Shown piece after piece: positions 19,091 through 28,845 of a stretch of DNA of 64,000 nucleotides. Position 1 is the stretch's first letter. Each line of letters opens with the position of its first letter. Origin of the DNA: Parcubacteria group bacterium (lineage in GTDB: Bacteria; Patescibacteriota; Minisyncoccia; Phycocordibacterales; Phycocordibacteraceae). The stretch covers positions 12,920-76,919 of the forward strand of contig JAQBQV010000011.1 of the NCBI GenBank assembly GCA_028286825.1, written 5' to 3'. The translations under genes and the position numbers were made by a program. The notes beneath the pieces were generated by a model, which saw only the letters and a list, made by a program, of their open reading frames with translations, had not been told where the DNA came from and did not search any database.

Positions 19091-20245
19091 TTAAGAAGGT
19101 TCAAATAAGCTTGCCAACTCCACTTGAGGGTAACTAATGTCTCCTTCGGGTAACGACTCCACAAGAAAATATTCATCGGTCCTCCCCTTCTTTCTCCTGT
19201 CTATTAGCTTGCTGACCAAGAGGTCCCTCAGGGCCTCTCTTACATTCCTTTGCCCGATTTTCTTCTGTGCATAAACTATTTGGATAATGTCAGGCGTCAC
19301 TTTGGACTCTTCCTTAAGTATCTCGAGTATCAACTCCATCGCCTCTTCTTTTTTAGACTCTCGATCATCAACCTCACCAGCGAAGCGTATCAACGTAAGT
19401 ATCTCACCGGACTCGGCTATTGTGTCCGTCATCTCTACACAAAACGCATCAATCTCTTTACCGAGACGGTTCTTACGCTGGTATACCGATATTTTCTCTC
19501 CCTCTTTCTGCATCATGAGTAAGACTTCGACGCTCGCAGTCTTATCCTGGCTACCAAAGAGGTGCTCTTTTTTCGGTATTTTGCCCTCAAAGTTACTTGG
19601 TTTTCGGAAATGGTCGAGCCAAATTATACATACATCACGTTCCTTCAGCGCCTTGAATCGGCTGAATAGAGCTCTGACCTCTTCGGCTTTTTCTTCCTTT
19701 AATCCACCGGCAACAGATCGAAAGGTATCGATGATTACAACATCAAATCGGTTCTCGATGATATCGTCAACAAGATTCTGTGCAACGTCCTCCTTAGTCA
19801 AATTCAGTTCATCAACGGGCCAAATTGTAAGGTTATCGCTGTCCACGAAGCCAAGTTGACGTCCACGGCGCTGCAGCTCGCTTTTCGCATTCTCAGCATC
19901 GATATAAAGCACCTTACCCTGCAATGTAATAAACCTCTCATCATCAAGAAAGTTTGTTCCCATAGCAATACTACGCGCAAGTTCAAGTGCAACCCATGTT
20001 TTCCCTTCACCAGATATCGCAGCCAGAATGACCGAGCCTGCTCGCGGGATTAAGTTCGCGACTCGCCATCTATCTGTAGGGAATGTCATCGCATCGAGCT
20101 CGCTCCACCGAAGATATTTCTTCTCAGGTTCAATTTCAATGGCACTAATGCTTTTGCCAACATTCTTTGGCACGAGACGCTCTCGGCCTTCAAAGGTCGC
20201 TAAGTCTCCCCAATACGCGTCTTCATCCCTTGATTCCGGATCCAT
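19091..20245 (-). CDS. AAA_25/RecA-family ATPase (RepA/DnaB-like helicase) with C-terminal wHTH
   Basis: Walker A AISGEGKT, VLYIDAEN, Walker B VVIIDTF, LDHFRK; start uncertain (20245 or 20284). Confidence 0.85.
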   Translation of the reverse strand: MDPESRDEDAYWGDLATFEGRERLVPKNVGKSISAIEIEPEKKYLRWSELDAMTFPTDRWRVANLIPRAGSVILAAISGEGKTWVALELARSIAMGTNFLDDERFITLQGKVLYIDAENAKSELQRRGRQLGFVDSDNLTIWPVDELNLTKEDVAQNLVDDIIENRFDVVIIDTFRSVAGGLKEEKAEEVRALFSRFKALKERDVCIIWLDHFRKPSNFEGKIPKKEHLFGSQDKTASVEVLLMMQKEGEKISVYQRKNRLGKEIDAFCVEMTDTIAESGEILTLIRFAGEVDDRESKKEEAMELILEILKEESKVTPDIIQIVYAQKKIGQRNVREALRDLLVSKLIDRRKKGRTDEYFLVESLPEGDISYPQVELASLFEPS

Positions 20246-20429
20246 ATATAATTCGGTACTTGCCGCCGCAGGATCGACATGCAAATTCGCCTGTGAGTAT
20301 CTGCTCCATAAGGCGGCTTATTTCTAGATACTGTGCCAACTCTTCATCTGACAGGCTACTGCCCCTGAGCGCCTTACTTACTGTCTGCAACTGTTCTGGT
20401 TTTAATCCTACTGATGTGTATCCCTTCAT
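20223..20429 (-). CDS. Small hypothetical protein with CxxC
   Basis: Short ORF overlapping both neighbours in the element operon. Confidence 0.4.
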   Translation of the reverse strand: MKGYTSVGLKPEQLQTVSKALRGSSLSDEELAQYLEISRLMEQILTGEFACRSCGGKYRIIYGSGIKG

Positions 20430-20556
20430 ATATTGAATGTACTAATGCTATTAAGTGTTCGAAGTATTCGAGAGCAAGGTCATCTGATAGGTCCTCCCCC
20501 GTCTTCAGGCGGTGCATTTGTTTATATCGCTGTAGATAGAGTTGTTTATCGACCAT
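20374..20556 (-). CDS. Small hypothetical element protein
   Basis: MVDKQLYLQRYKQMHRLKTGEDLSDDLALEYF; start trimmed. Confidence 0.5.
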   Translation of the reverse strand: MVDKQLYLQRYKQMHRLKTGEDLSDDLALEYFEHLIALVHSIYEGIHISRIKTRTVADSK

Positions 20557-20792
20557 AAAAGTAAAACCCACTATTTCCCTGACAGGCCACCGAATGTCAT
20601 CGGGTCTGTCGGGAAAGCAGGGGGCTTTCACGAAGTGACATTCGGTATCCTCAACGAAAACGGCGGACTTATCGGAGTAATAGCCGTAGCATTACTCAAA
20701 TAAGTCCACCGTTATTCATCAGGGACTACTTAACTGTACCTGGTGCAAATAATTTGTATCTCCCCAGGTCGAAAAAAGGCGGTAGCTAGGGT

Positions 20793-21080
20793 CTAAGTTG
20801 CACCTATTAACGCTACATCAATTATGGGCGGCGGAAGAGGCTGTATCGGAGTGCCGAAAGAGCCACTGATTTCTGTAGCTTGTATTGCCTTCCCCCACGA
20901 ACGGTCAAAAAGCTCTCTGGCGGCAGCTACATCGCCGTTTTTTGCCTTTACGATGAGCGCCTCTGCAATGGGCTGTATATCTTTCATGAGCAGCTCTGAG
21001 AAGAGCTTACGAGCCTCCTCCGCGTTCTTTGCCGCGAAGCCTGGCTTACGCCCAGATCCTAATCTAAAGCCGCCTCTCAT
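20793..21080 (-). CDS. Terminase-small-subunit-like / DUF5681-like protein
   Basis: RGGFRLGSGRKPG N-terminus and AKNGDVAAARELFDRSWGKA resemble phage TerS-type proteins. Confidence 0.6.
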   Translation of the reverse strand: MRGGFRLGSGRKPGFAAKNAEEARKLFSELLMKDIQPIAEALIVKAKNGDVAAARELFDRSWGKAIQATEISGSFGTPIQPLPPPIIDVALIGAT

Positions 21081-21189
21081 AGATGATATGAATCATTAAA
21101 ATCAATATAATTAAGTCTACTCCTCTCGACCTATTTTGCCTCCCCCCTGTGGAGACCGTATGCTATCGTTCGAGATAGAAGGACCTAAA

Positions 21190-21345
21190 CCTGTCGGCGT
21201 TGGCCGGCTTGCATGGTTCGAAATCGCAGAACACAGAAACCCCGTCATCAGGGGCGTGTTCTGCGTTATAGGGGGAAACTCCTATAGGGCCGAAAGGCCC
21301 ACCTGGTGGCGGGATTTGTGTTTGCCTCAACCCTCCACCGGTATT
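21190..21345 (+). ncRNA. Candidate structured RNA or leader (consecutive hairpins, two GAAA tetraloops)
   Basis: GCAGAACAC/GTGTTCTGC, TATAGGGG-GAAA-CTCCTATA, GGGCC-GAAA-GGCCC, GGTGGCGGG/CCCTCCACC. Confidence 0.4.
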
Positions 21346-21362
21346 ACCTATCATCCAAAACC

Positions 21363-21653
21363 ATGTCGATCACGAGCCTGCTCAAGAGAACATTTGGACC
21401 GAAAGAACCTACCTATATCGACTGGGATAGAGTTACAGAGCTTCTTCCCGATATAAACGACAAGTGGCTTACTGCATACGAAAATTTACTGAAGCAGTTC
21501 AGGGAATATGAATATATTGACCCAAAAACGATGCCCATGGCATTTAAAGACAATATGGAATTTATGCTAGGCATATCTCTGTCAGAAAAACAGACACAGA
21601 AGTTTATTTGGACTTGGCTTGCGGGTCCGAAACAGTCTATTAATCGACCATAA
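21363..21653 (+). CDS. Hypothetical protein
   Basis: ORF; start trimmed to MSITSLLK. Confidence 0.55.
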   Translation: MSITSLLKRTFGPKEPTYIDWDRVTELLPDINDKWLTAYENLLKQFREYEYIDPKTMPMAFKDNMEFMLGISLSEKQTQKFIWTWLAGPKQSINRP

Positions 21654-21662
21654 CCTTCAGAT

Positions 21663-21884
21663 ATGATTAGCCGAACAAGAATCCTTGTACTGGTTACTGT
21701 CAGTTTTCTCCTCGTACCAGCTATCATGTGGTTACTTCTAGAAGTACTCTTCAATCCCTGGTTTATCCACTTTATATTCTTCGGGTCAGTAGTTACGTCA
21801 GTGGTTGTTGCCTGTGTTTTGTCAGCCCTACCATTGCTGCTGTCTGTGTGGTACACAGCGACGCAACTCAAGCGCAAAATGTAA
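21663..21884 (+). CDS. Small two-TM membrane protein
   Basis: Hydrophobic ORF following the previous gene. Confidence 0.45.
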   Translation: MISRTRILVLVTVSFLLVPAIMWLLLEVLFNPWFIHFIFFGSVVTSVVVACVLSALPLLLSVWYTATQLKRKM

Positions 21885-22273
21885 CTGTGACCCCCTCAAT
21901 TTTTTCAAAGAATCTCAAAGAAATAGTCAAACTTTGCTTTTTTTGTGGTGTGGTCTGGCTAATGATTCAGGGCGGCCTCAATAATGGCAGTGCCGGAATT
22001 TATTTCATCTCACTCTTGATTGGGTTACTACTTTACGCTGCTTATGGTGAAGGTATTGCCAAAAAATAGTCTTCAACAGAGTCGACACAGTGTTGATTCG
22101 TCAACGTCAACGTAAAAATTTTGCGAGTCTAGGCGCCCGTCGGTTCACGCGGTTAAGCTGACTCGCATGATAGGTAGGACGAGGTGAGGGTACCACTTTC
22201 GATTATTAAGCGGACGCTGTGAGAGCTGTCTTCAGGGCAAGATTAGGCGTATTATGGCGGCACAGCGCTATTT

Positions 22274-22468
22274 ATGGATACTTTGCTCGTATTTATTCTC
22301 ACGCCTTTATATTGGGTCTGGAAGATTATCTGCTTTGTCATTGGAAGTGCATGGAAGCTAGTCCATGACATAGCAAAAGGTGTATATGGCAAGTTCATTA
22401 GCTGGATTAGTGCCATTATTTTCTTCGGAATGCTTACCTGGATCGTCCAACTGATTGCGAGTAAATAA
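22274..22468 (+). CDS. Small membrane protein
   Basis: Hydrophobic 64 aa ORF ending 5 nt before the next gene. Confidence 0.5.
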   Translation: MDTLLVFILTPLYWVWKIICFVIGSAWKLVHDIAKGVYGKFISWISAIIFFGMLTWIVQLIASK

Positions 22469-22473
22469 TAGGT

Positions 22474-23775
22474 ATGGGTCCAGTGATTATCTTCGATAAG
22501 TCGACACTCGAGAGCTTAAATCCTGATGAGGCTGTCTGGCTCGATCAGTTCTATTTGTCGAACATCACTCCTCTTTTTTTCGTCGAAACACTCGCAGACC
22601 TTGAAAAAGACATGCGCTCAGGCCGATCACCGGAAGAGGTCGTAGGTAGTCTTGCCTATAAAACACCGGATTACAGTTCTAAACCGAACGCGCACCATCG
22701 AGATCTTATGTCTGGTGAATTATTTGGGGGCGCTAAGCTTGATCTCACATATGGGCGACCTCATATCACCGGCGGAAAGTCGGTAGCATTAGGAAGCGGA
22801 ACAGGCGTTTTATTTGAACCCTCGCCAGAAGAAGAGGCTTTCCAGAGGTGGCAGGACCATCGTTTTCTAGAACTTGAACGATATCAAGCTAAGCAGTGGA
22901 GAGCTGCTCTATTGGGTGTGAACATGGAGCTTCAATACAAAGTCTTTCAGGCTTTCTTCCCACTCGGAAAGCCAAAATCTCTACATGATGTAAAGAGATT
23001 TTTGAACTTTTACATTGAGAGTCCAGATCAAGAAAATTTACTTACTTTTGGCTTGGGGATGGAAGGCGTGACGGAAGCAGGGCGAAAAGAGGTGCTATCT
23101 CGCTGGAGTGCCGAGGGTAAGCCGCGAATCCAGGAGTTTGCACCTTATTTCACTTACATCTTCTCTATCGATTTCTTTTTTGGTCTCGCTATAGCTGCGG
23201 ACCTCATCGGACGCGGACGCCCGTCTCATAAGGTTGACCTCGCGTACTTATACTATTTGCCGTTCTGTATGGTATTTACCTCGAATGACAAGCTACATGC
23301 CGAGCTTGCCCCATTCTTTTTGCGCGCCGATCAAACCTTTGTGCCAGGACGTGAACTGAAGACAGACTTGGCAAAGTTAGATCAGCACTACAGCACTTCA
23401 ATCACACCTGAACAGAAGGAAGAGGGGGTTGTAAGTTTCGCGTCACGACCGCCGAAAAGCGATGAGTTTATTACGACCCGCCTCTGGGATAAACATATGG
23501 GTACTAAGTGGCGCGAATATGAATACAAAATGCGCCCCCAACCTGACAGTGAACTTCTCAAGAAATTCCGTGATGAGATTCGCAAAATGGAGAAAGCTCC
23601 GGAGATAAAGCCTCTGTCTGGATCAACATTAGATGAGGCGGCGGCCATGGTCATGCGTCGCATGGTGAAGGGCCATAAAGGTAAATGGCGGCGTTTCCCT
23701 CCAGAGGTCATGAATCGTCGAAAGAACTCGGAGGGAGAATGGGAAGACATCCCTCCGGAAGAGCTCATTCACTAA
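22474..23775 (+). CDS. Hypothetical protein (433 aa), possibly PIN-like
   Basis: Long ORF; IIFDKS N-terminus and DLAYLYYLPFCMVFTSNDKLH are PIN-like. Confidence 0.75.
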   Translation: MGPVIIFDKSTLESLNPDEAVWLDQFYLSNITPLFFVETLADLEKDMRSGRSPEEVVGSLAYKTPDYSSKPNAHHRDLMSGELFGGAKLDLTYGRPHITGGKSVALGSGTGVLFEPSPEEEAFQRWQDHRFLELERYQAKQWRAALLGVNMELQYKVFQAFFPLGKPKSLHDVKRFLNFYIESPDQENLLTFGLGMEGVTEAGRKEVLSRWSAEGKPRIQEFAPYFTYIFSIDFFFGLAIAADLIGRGRPSHKVDLAYLYYLPFCMVFTSNDKLHAELAPFFLRADQTFVPGRELKTDLAKLDQHYSTSITPEQKEEGVVSFASRPPKSDEFITTRLWDKHMGTKWREYEYKMRPQPDSELLKKFRDEIRKMEKAPEIKPLSGSTLDEAAAMVMRRMVKGHKGKWRRFPPEVMNRRKNSEGEWEDIPPEELIH

Positions 23776-23778
23776 AAT

Positions 23779-24522
23779 ATGGCCACTTGCCGTCTGTGTC
23801 TCGCAGAGAAAGATCTTTGCAAAAAGTCACACATCATACCGAATTTCATGTATAGGGAGCTTTTTGACGAAAAACATCGCCTGGTAAAGGGAACACCGAT
23901 CGTTCCTGGCTCGAGACAAGACATGCAAAGTGGTGAGTATGAAAGCGATATCCTATGCGCTGACTGCGATAATCGAATCATAGGAGGCTATGAAGCATAC
24001 GCCAGTAAGGTGCTTTACGGGGGCAAAGTACCCGTGTCTACGCAGCACATCAAACGAGCTGAAGATGGTCTCGAGATCACAATTGTGACTGGTCTCGACT
24101 ATGTACGGTTCAAACTTTTTCTCCAATCTCTACTTTGGAGGTCGAGTATATCAAGCAAGGACTTTTTCTCGGCAGTTAATCTGGGCCCGTATGAAGAGAA
24201 GTTACGGATAGCGCTCGTTACCGGTGACCCTGGTCCAAGTGACAGTTTTCCGTGCATAGTAAATAACTATATTAGGACTGGTCTCCCTCATGGAGTAATA
24301 GCCGCCCCCCGTGAATCCCGCTTTATAGATGGGAAACGCATTTATACATATGTTATAGCTGGAATGATTTATATTTTTCATATTACCGAAAGAGAGACCT
24401 TTGACTGGATCTTGGAGGCTGCCGTCAATGAAAACGGCGAGATGCGGATCCCTCACATGTCGCAAGGGACGACGGGGGCATTGTTTAATAAACTTCTTGG
24501 CGCAGACATTTTCGAGACCTAA
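23779..24522 (+). CDS. HNH-like nuclease domain protein
   Basis: CRLC...SHIIP...LCADCDN zinc/HNH pattern. Confidence 0.7.
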   Translation: MATCRLCLAEKDLCKKSHIIPNFMYRELFDEKHRLVKGTPIVPGSRQDMQSGEYESDILCADCDNRIIGGYEAYASKVLYGGKVPVSTQHIKRAEDGLEITIVTGLDYVRFKLFLQSLLWRSSISSKDFFSAVNLGPYEEKLRIALVTGDPGPSDSFPCIVNNYIRTGLPHGVIAAPRESRFIDGKRIYTYVIAGMIYIFHITERETFDWILEAAVNENGEMRIPHMSQGTTGALFNKLLGADIFET

Positions 24523-24840
24523 AACAGCAGCTATAACGAAAAAATTTTGTGCGTACGCACGCTCGGTGGTTTGATGGCGTCGGCTGACTGGCATGGTGGT
24601 GGTTGGTCAAACTAATTCTGGTACATGAAATGTACTCTTCTCGGCGCTAATCCAAGTTCTAATAGCCTCAGCAGTGCGGAGCCGATTGAGCAAACAAATA
24701 AGCCCTCTGGGGCTTTTTTGTATTCGAGCGAGGCTCCGATGGGAAGGCTTTGTTTACCCGCAGAGCAGCTAGTTGACATAATCCTGACTTTGTTATACTA
24801 TTAATAGTGGCAATCATGCCACTCACCTTTGGAGATATGT

Positions 24841-25029
24841 ATGGTCCTTTTAATGATCTGGACTCTGTTCTCATATCAGGGATATGGAGTCAGCGTCACT
24901 CAAACTTCAACGCCGCTTAACAATATGGCGGCATGTGTGACGGCCAAAACAGCAGCTGAGTCAGTGCGGATCAAGCCACCACGTGACATGCAGTCAGTCA
25001 CGATCACTGCTGTGTGCGTACCGCTCTAG
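24841..25029 (+). CDS. Cassette: small secreted protein with paired Cys
   Basis: TTGACA/TATACT promoter at 24773-24800, GGAG RBS, hydrophobic N-terminus. Confidence 0.6.
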   Translation: MVLLMIWTLFSYQGYGVSVTQTSTPLNNMAACVTAKTAAESVRIKPPRDMQSVTITAVCVPL

Positions 25030-25510
25030 TTTCGTCGCAACGACGAGGGAAAGGACAACCGTCCCAACTTCCCTCCTCGGCGCGGCGATTCTTTCTTTTC
25101 ATAAACAGTTCCCGGCATTTTTTATGATTTATATCGATCCCATACCTCCACCCACCCGGCTATAAATCCCTACCCTAGAGGGGTCTCAAATCAGCTCGGG
25201 CACACAGTAACTTCCCTCTCTACTTCTTTCCAAACTCTAATAACCTCAGCAGTGCGGAACTTACCTCGACTTTTCATCGAAGAATGTATCGTCTTTGCAA
25301 AAGCTCGAGATATTCTCTTGCGAGTCTATCGAGCAAACCGATCGATGAACTATCACTTCCCTCACCCGCATTGTCCAATGTCTCGCGACGAGTATTACTC
25401 ATACCGAATCCTGATCCAAGCACGAATGGTTAAACGATACGACGCAACCGCCTTGAGTGCTGGGCTTACTCTCAAAAAACGCTGGGCAGAATAGACTCGA
25501 CTCATAGTCG

Positions 25511-25537
25511 CCCGACAGAGCCCCGGCTCCTGTCGGG
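25511..25537 (+). terminator. Cassette hairpin family 1
   Basis: CCCGACAGAGCCCCGGCTCCTGTCGGG plus T-rich tail; near-identical at 28819, 31414, 31916, 32960. Confidence 0.8.
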
Positions 25538-25628
25538 CGACTCTTTTATGCGAACGAACCAGTTTGAACATCCTCCACCCAGCGGAGCACAAAATAAAAG
25601 AAGTACTGACTCTGTTATACTTTTACCA

Positions 25629-26066
25629 ATGGTTGATAAGGAGACATTAGAAATAAAAGTACCTCCCCTACCACATGGCGTTTTGGATAAATTGGAGGAT
25701 AAAGACTTGAACGAATTATACCTTGGTTTAGATAGCGAGCTCGATAAAGCGGCAGAGCATCGAAGAAGAACTGTTAAAAAATTAATGGCTGGTTTTCTTT
25801 GGTTCATTAATTCACTTTTGTTTTTCAGCATAGGTCCTACTGATGCGCTGATGCAAATTTGGTCACTGGCAACGATGGGTTTGTTGCTTGTACTTTTCGG
25901 TAACACTCAGATCTCTTCGTATCTGGGGCCTCTCTGGCCAATAGCTGGAAGATTTGGTCAGCGTATCGATAGGCCGACTCCGCCAGTAGTGTTAGTAATC
26001 TTTGGCTGGTTATTATTATTTCTCGTATTATCAATTTTTAGCATCATTTTATATCAGAAGGGCTAA
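25629..26066 (+). CDS. Cassette: membrane protein
   Basis: Three TM helices; TATACT just upstream of ATG. Confidence 0.6.
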   Translation: MVDKETLEIKVPPLPHGVLDKLEDKDLNELYLGLDSELDKAAEHRRRTVKKLMAGFLWFINSLLFFSIGPTDALMQIWSLATMGLLLVLFGNTQISSYLGPLWPIAGRFGQRIDRPTPPVVLVIFGWLLLFLVLSIFSIILYQKG

Positions 26067-26111
26067 GTTGAAGCAGTTCGAAAATCATCCAGCCACCTGA
26101 GCCAGATAAAT

Positions 26112-26312
26112 TTACTTCCCAGAAGACAATGACTTCCCTTTAGGTTTATATTCGACCTTCCACGTCAGACCCGGTTTTACCCCAGCTATAGCTGGCAATA
26201 GATGGTTAAGCAGTTGTTCCGCTGTCATCTGAAATTTATTACCTTTCGCAGAAACCTTGACCCATCCATCTTTATCTCGAACGTATTTTTCTGTAAAGTT
26301 TTTTGTACCCAT
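26112..26312 (-). CDS. Cassette: small basic protein (only clear minus-strand cassette gene)
   Basis: ORF between repeats 26075 and 26402; TATAAT just upstream. Confidence 0.55.
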   Translation of the reverse strand: MGTKNFTEKYVRDKDGWVKVSAKGNKFQMTAEQLLNHLLPAIAGVKPGLTWKVEYKPKGKSLSSGK

Positions 26313-26511
26313 CGATATTATATAACTGTCATTTGTTAGCTTCATACCGCAACATTACATCATAAATACCTAATAATTACGGACGAATTATTCTGAAAAC
26401 AGGTTCGAACGTCCTATAGCCAATGGAGCAAATTTGACTAATTAGACATTTTATAATATAAAGCAGTTCAGCTACTAGTTTTTCTGTTCACCATATCTGC
26501 GAGGAATCGAA

Positions 26512-26922
26512 ATGACCATTCCTGATTGTCTGTTACCGATTCATGACTACATAACAAGCGAGCTGAGGGAAAATCATGAACTTCTCTGCCTTTCGGATGC
26601 CCCTGATGTCAAACAACAGTTTGACGAAATGGAAGATGATTTCGACGATGTCGGAGGTGATCCTGATTTTGACGCTCGGGCTTTTATCAACTCGAGCTAC
26701 GAATACAAGATAGAATGTTGCCAACAAGCGCTGCGAGCGTTAACTGCAAGCGAGTATGATGTAGTCATAACCCACCTGAGTGTCGAACTAACTGCTCTAC
26801 GTGCGTACAGAGACGAGGTTACTAAATATGTCTCAAACATGAGCGGTCGTCAGCGCGAGCGGCTAGCAGCTAAAATTGGCCGACTCGAGCAATATTTACG
26901 AGTACTTGCAGAACAAAAATAG
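26512..26922 (+). CDS. Cassette: hypothetical helical protein
   Basis: TTGACT...TATAAT promoter, GAGG RBS, downstream hairpin 26931-26963. Confidence 0.7.
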   Translation: MTIPDCLLPIHDYITSELRENHELLCLSDAPDVKQQFDEMEDDFDDVGGDPDFDARAFINSSYEYKIECCQQALRALTASEYDVVITHLSVELTALRAYRDEVTKYVSNMSGRQRERLAAKIGRLEQYLRVLAEQK

Positions 26923-27195
26923 AACGACAGCCGCCACGAGGAAGAATGCTTCTCTCGTGGCGGTCTTCTTATTTCTTATACACCAGTTCGAACATCCACT
27001 ACCACAAAAGAGTACTTTCATTTCTCTAACCTCGAGTACGAGCAAGAGAAATTGGTCGCCAGCGGAGCTAAGGGTTGACGATCATTTTTTTAAGTGTTAT
27101 ATTTGTACTGGAACCTTAGTGCCATCCTATCTCTGGTAAGCGTAAAAGCTTCACCCGTTCCGCCCAACCCTGGGCGGCTTACCAAGGAGACAACG

Positions 27196-27450
27196 ATGGA
27201 CGAGATGTTCTTCATTACCGACCCCGAAGATCCGAGCAAGATTTATGCTGGTCCGCTCTCGAAAGAGGCGACTGGTGTAAAACTGACGGAACTTCTGCGA
27301 CCGCTTCTCACTGGCAGCGACTTCCACTTCATACGAAGTGCTGGAAGCTATCAGAGCATCGACGAGGTGCTTGAGGAGTGTCGTAAGGAACTGAGCGGCT
27401 GTCTGTATTTCGACGTCGTTCCAGCTTCTGTGGTTGGTAATCGAGCCTGA
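27196..27450 (+). CDS. Cassette: hypothetical protein
   Basis: AAGGAG RBS; downstream hairpin AGTCCCCGC/GCGGGGACT. Confidence 0.65.
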   Translation: MDEMFFITDPEDPSKIYAGPLSKEATGVKLTELLRPLLTGSDFHFIRSAGSYQSIDEVLEECRKELSGCLYFDVVPASVVGNRA

Positions 27451-27624
27451 ATGTCAGGCAGTCCCCGCAAATCATCGCGGGGACTTTTGTTTTTATACAT
27501 GAATGCAAGTTCGAACATCCTCTAGCCAGTGGAGCAAATTTGACGATACAGAAGACTTGTGTTATTAAATCTGTTGGCAGGTCTTACAGACCTTTTTGAC
27601 GTTGCACAATTGAGAGGAATCACG

Positions 27625-28206
27625 ATGACAGAAGAAACTTGGGAAATTATCGGAAAGGGTTCAAACACAATCGCAAGTAAGTGTGTGCGATACCTCTTGA
27701 GATACGCATGGCTTCGGGTCGCTCAAAGCAATGTGAGAAAGGAGTTCTTTGTCCTGCTAAAGAAAGTCATTACGCAGGAGACTATACAAAAGCTTTCACC
27801 AAAAAAAGACACGCAGGAGACTGAAGTGCCGCTCTATTTCGTCACTATGCTGTCTGGAAGTAAGGCGAAAATTCGTCTTGTCCTCGGCACGGATGAACTA
27901 GCACACAGCAACGTCGCTCTTATCAAGTGCGAGTGCGAAAAGACCGACGGTTGGGAGAACTTTTCGATTTCGAACTATAATTACGATGAGTGGTTCATCG
28001 ATACTGAGGCGATTAGCCTATCGCTTGATACCGAACGCATGGTATTTATCGACACAGAAGGAAAAGCAACGAGGGAACCAATTCTGGAGATCGCTGAAGA
28101 GGGCGAAAAAATTATCATCACTGCGCCAATAAAGGGAATCACGAACGCCGAGTTCGATCAGGCATTCGCAAAAAAGAAAAAGGAAAGGAAGGTCGCCGCT
28201 TCTTGA
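27625..28206 (+). CDS. Cassette: hypothetical protein
   Basis: GAGG RBS, TTGACG after the repeat, downstream hairpin. Confidence 0.7.
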   Translation: MTEETWEIIGKGSNTIASKCVRYLLRYAWLRVAQSNVRKEFFVLLKKVITQETIQKLSPKKDTQETEVPLYFVTMLSGSKAKIRLVLGTDELAHSNVALIKCECEKTDGWENFSISNYNYDEWFIDTEAISLSLDTERMVFIDTEGKATREPILEIAEEGEKIIITAPIKGITNAEFDQAFAKKKKERKVAAS

Positions 28207-28395
28207 ACTATTAACCCCTTACAGAGGATGAATCCTCCGTAAGGGGTGATTCATTTCCATACAAAACAAGTTCGAACAACCTCTATCCAGCGGAGCTAGG
28301 GGTTGACAGAGGTGGTGTTGTATGCTATACAAGAGTTAGGCCAAGCCGTATAGGCTTGATGATGAACGTTGTTAAACCACTTCGTGGGAGTTCCA

Positions 28396-28797
28396 ATGCG
28401 CGTTAAAATGAAAGTAAGGGTTTGCTTCGCTGACGCCGAGAAAATGTTTGCCGCTGGAGTTCGAGCGGCAGCGCTCGATTTGGTCACGCTGGCCATGACG
28501 TCAGCAAGCGCCTGGTGGTTTTTGTCCACCGACATGCCAGACTTTCTGGTGCTCGAGAAACTGGCGCTCGCAGTCGGCTGGTTTCTGGTGTTCGTTGCCT
28601 TATGCGGTGGCCTTCCGGAAGTTCTCAAACAGGTGTGGCCCTACTGGCAACTCGCACTTCAGATCTACTGGCGCGAAAGCAGAGTCGGACAACTTTCGCT
28701 CTTCCCTCACGGTGACCATGAAGTCCAAAGGCCGTATGGGCCGGTGGGACGGGAACCGAGCAAGAAAGCGGTGGCGCTAAAGCCCGCCATCAACTGA
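28396..28797 (+). CDS. Cassette: membrane protein
   Basis: GGGAG RBS, two TM helices, family-1 hairpin downstream. Confidence 0.6.
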   Translation: MRVKMKVRVCFADAEKMFAAGVRAAALDLVTLAMTSASAWWFLSTDMPDFLVLEKLALAVGWFLVFVALCGGLPEVLKQVWPYWQLALQIYWRESRVGQLSLFPHGDHEVQRPYGPVGREPSKKAVALKPAIN

Positions 28798-28818
28798 CGC
28801 TGACATCAATCATACACA

Positions 28819-28845
28819 CCCGACAGAGCCCCGGCTCCTGTCGGG
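28819..28845 (+). terminator. Cassette hairpin family 1
   Basis: Identical to 25511-25537. Confidence 0.8.

Noticed and set aside
25252-25494. Cassette ORF
   Set aside because: The GTG start lies inside the repeat, with no RBS or promoter; possibly a 5'-truncated gene remnant, so not listed as a CDS.
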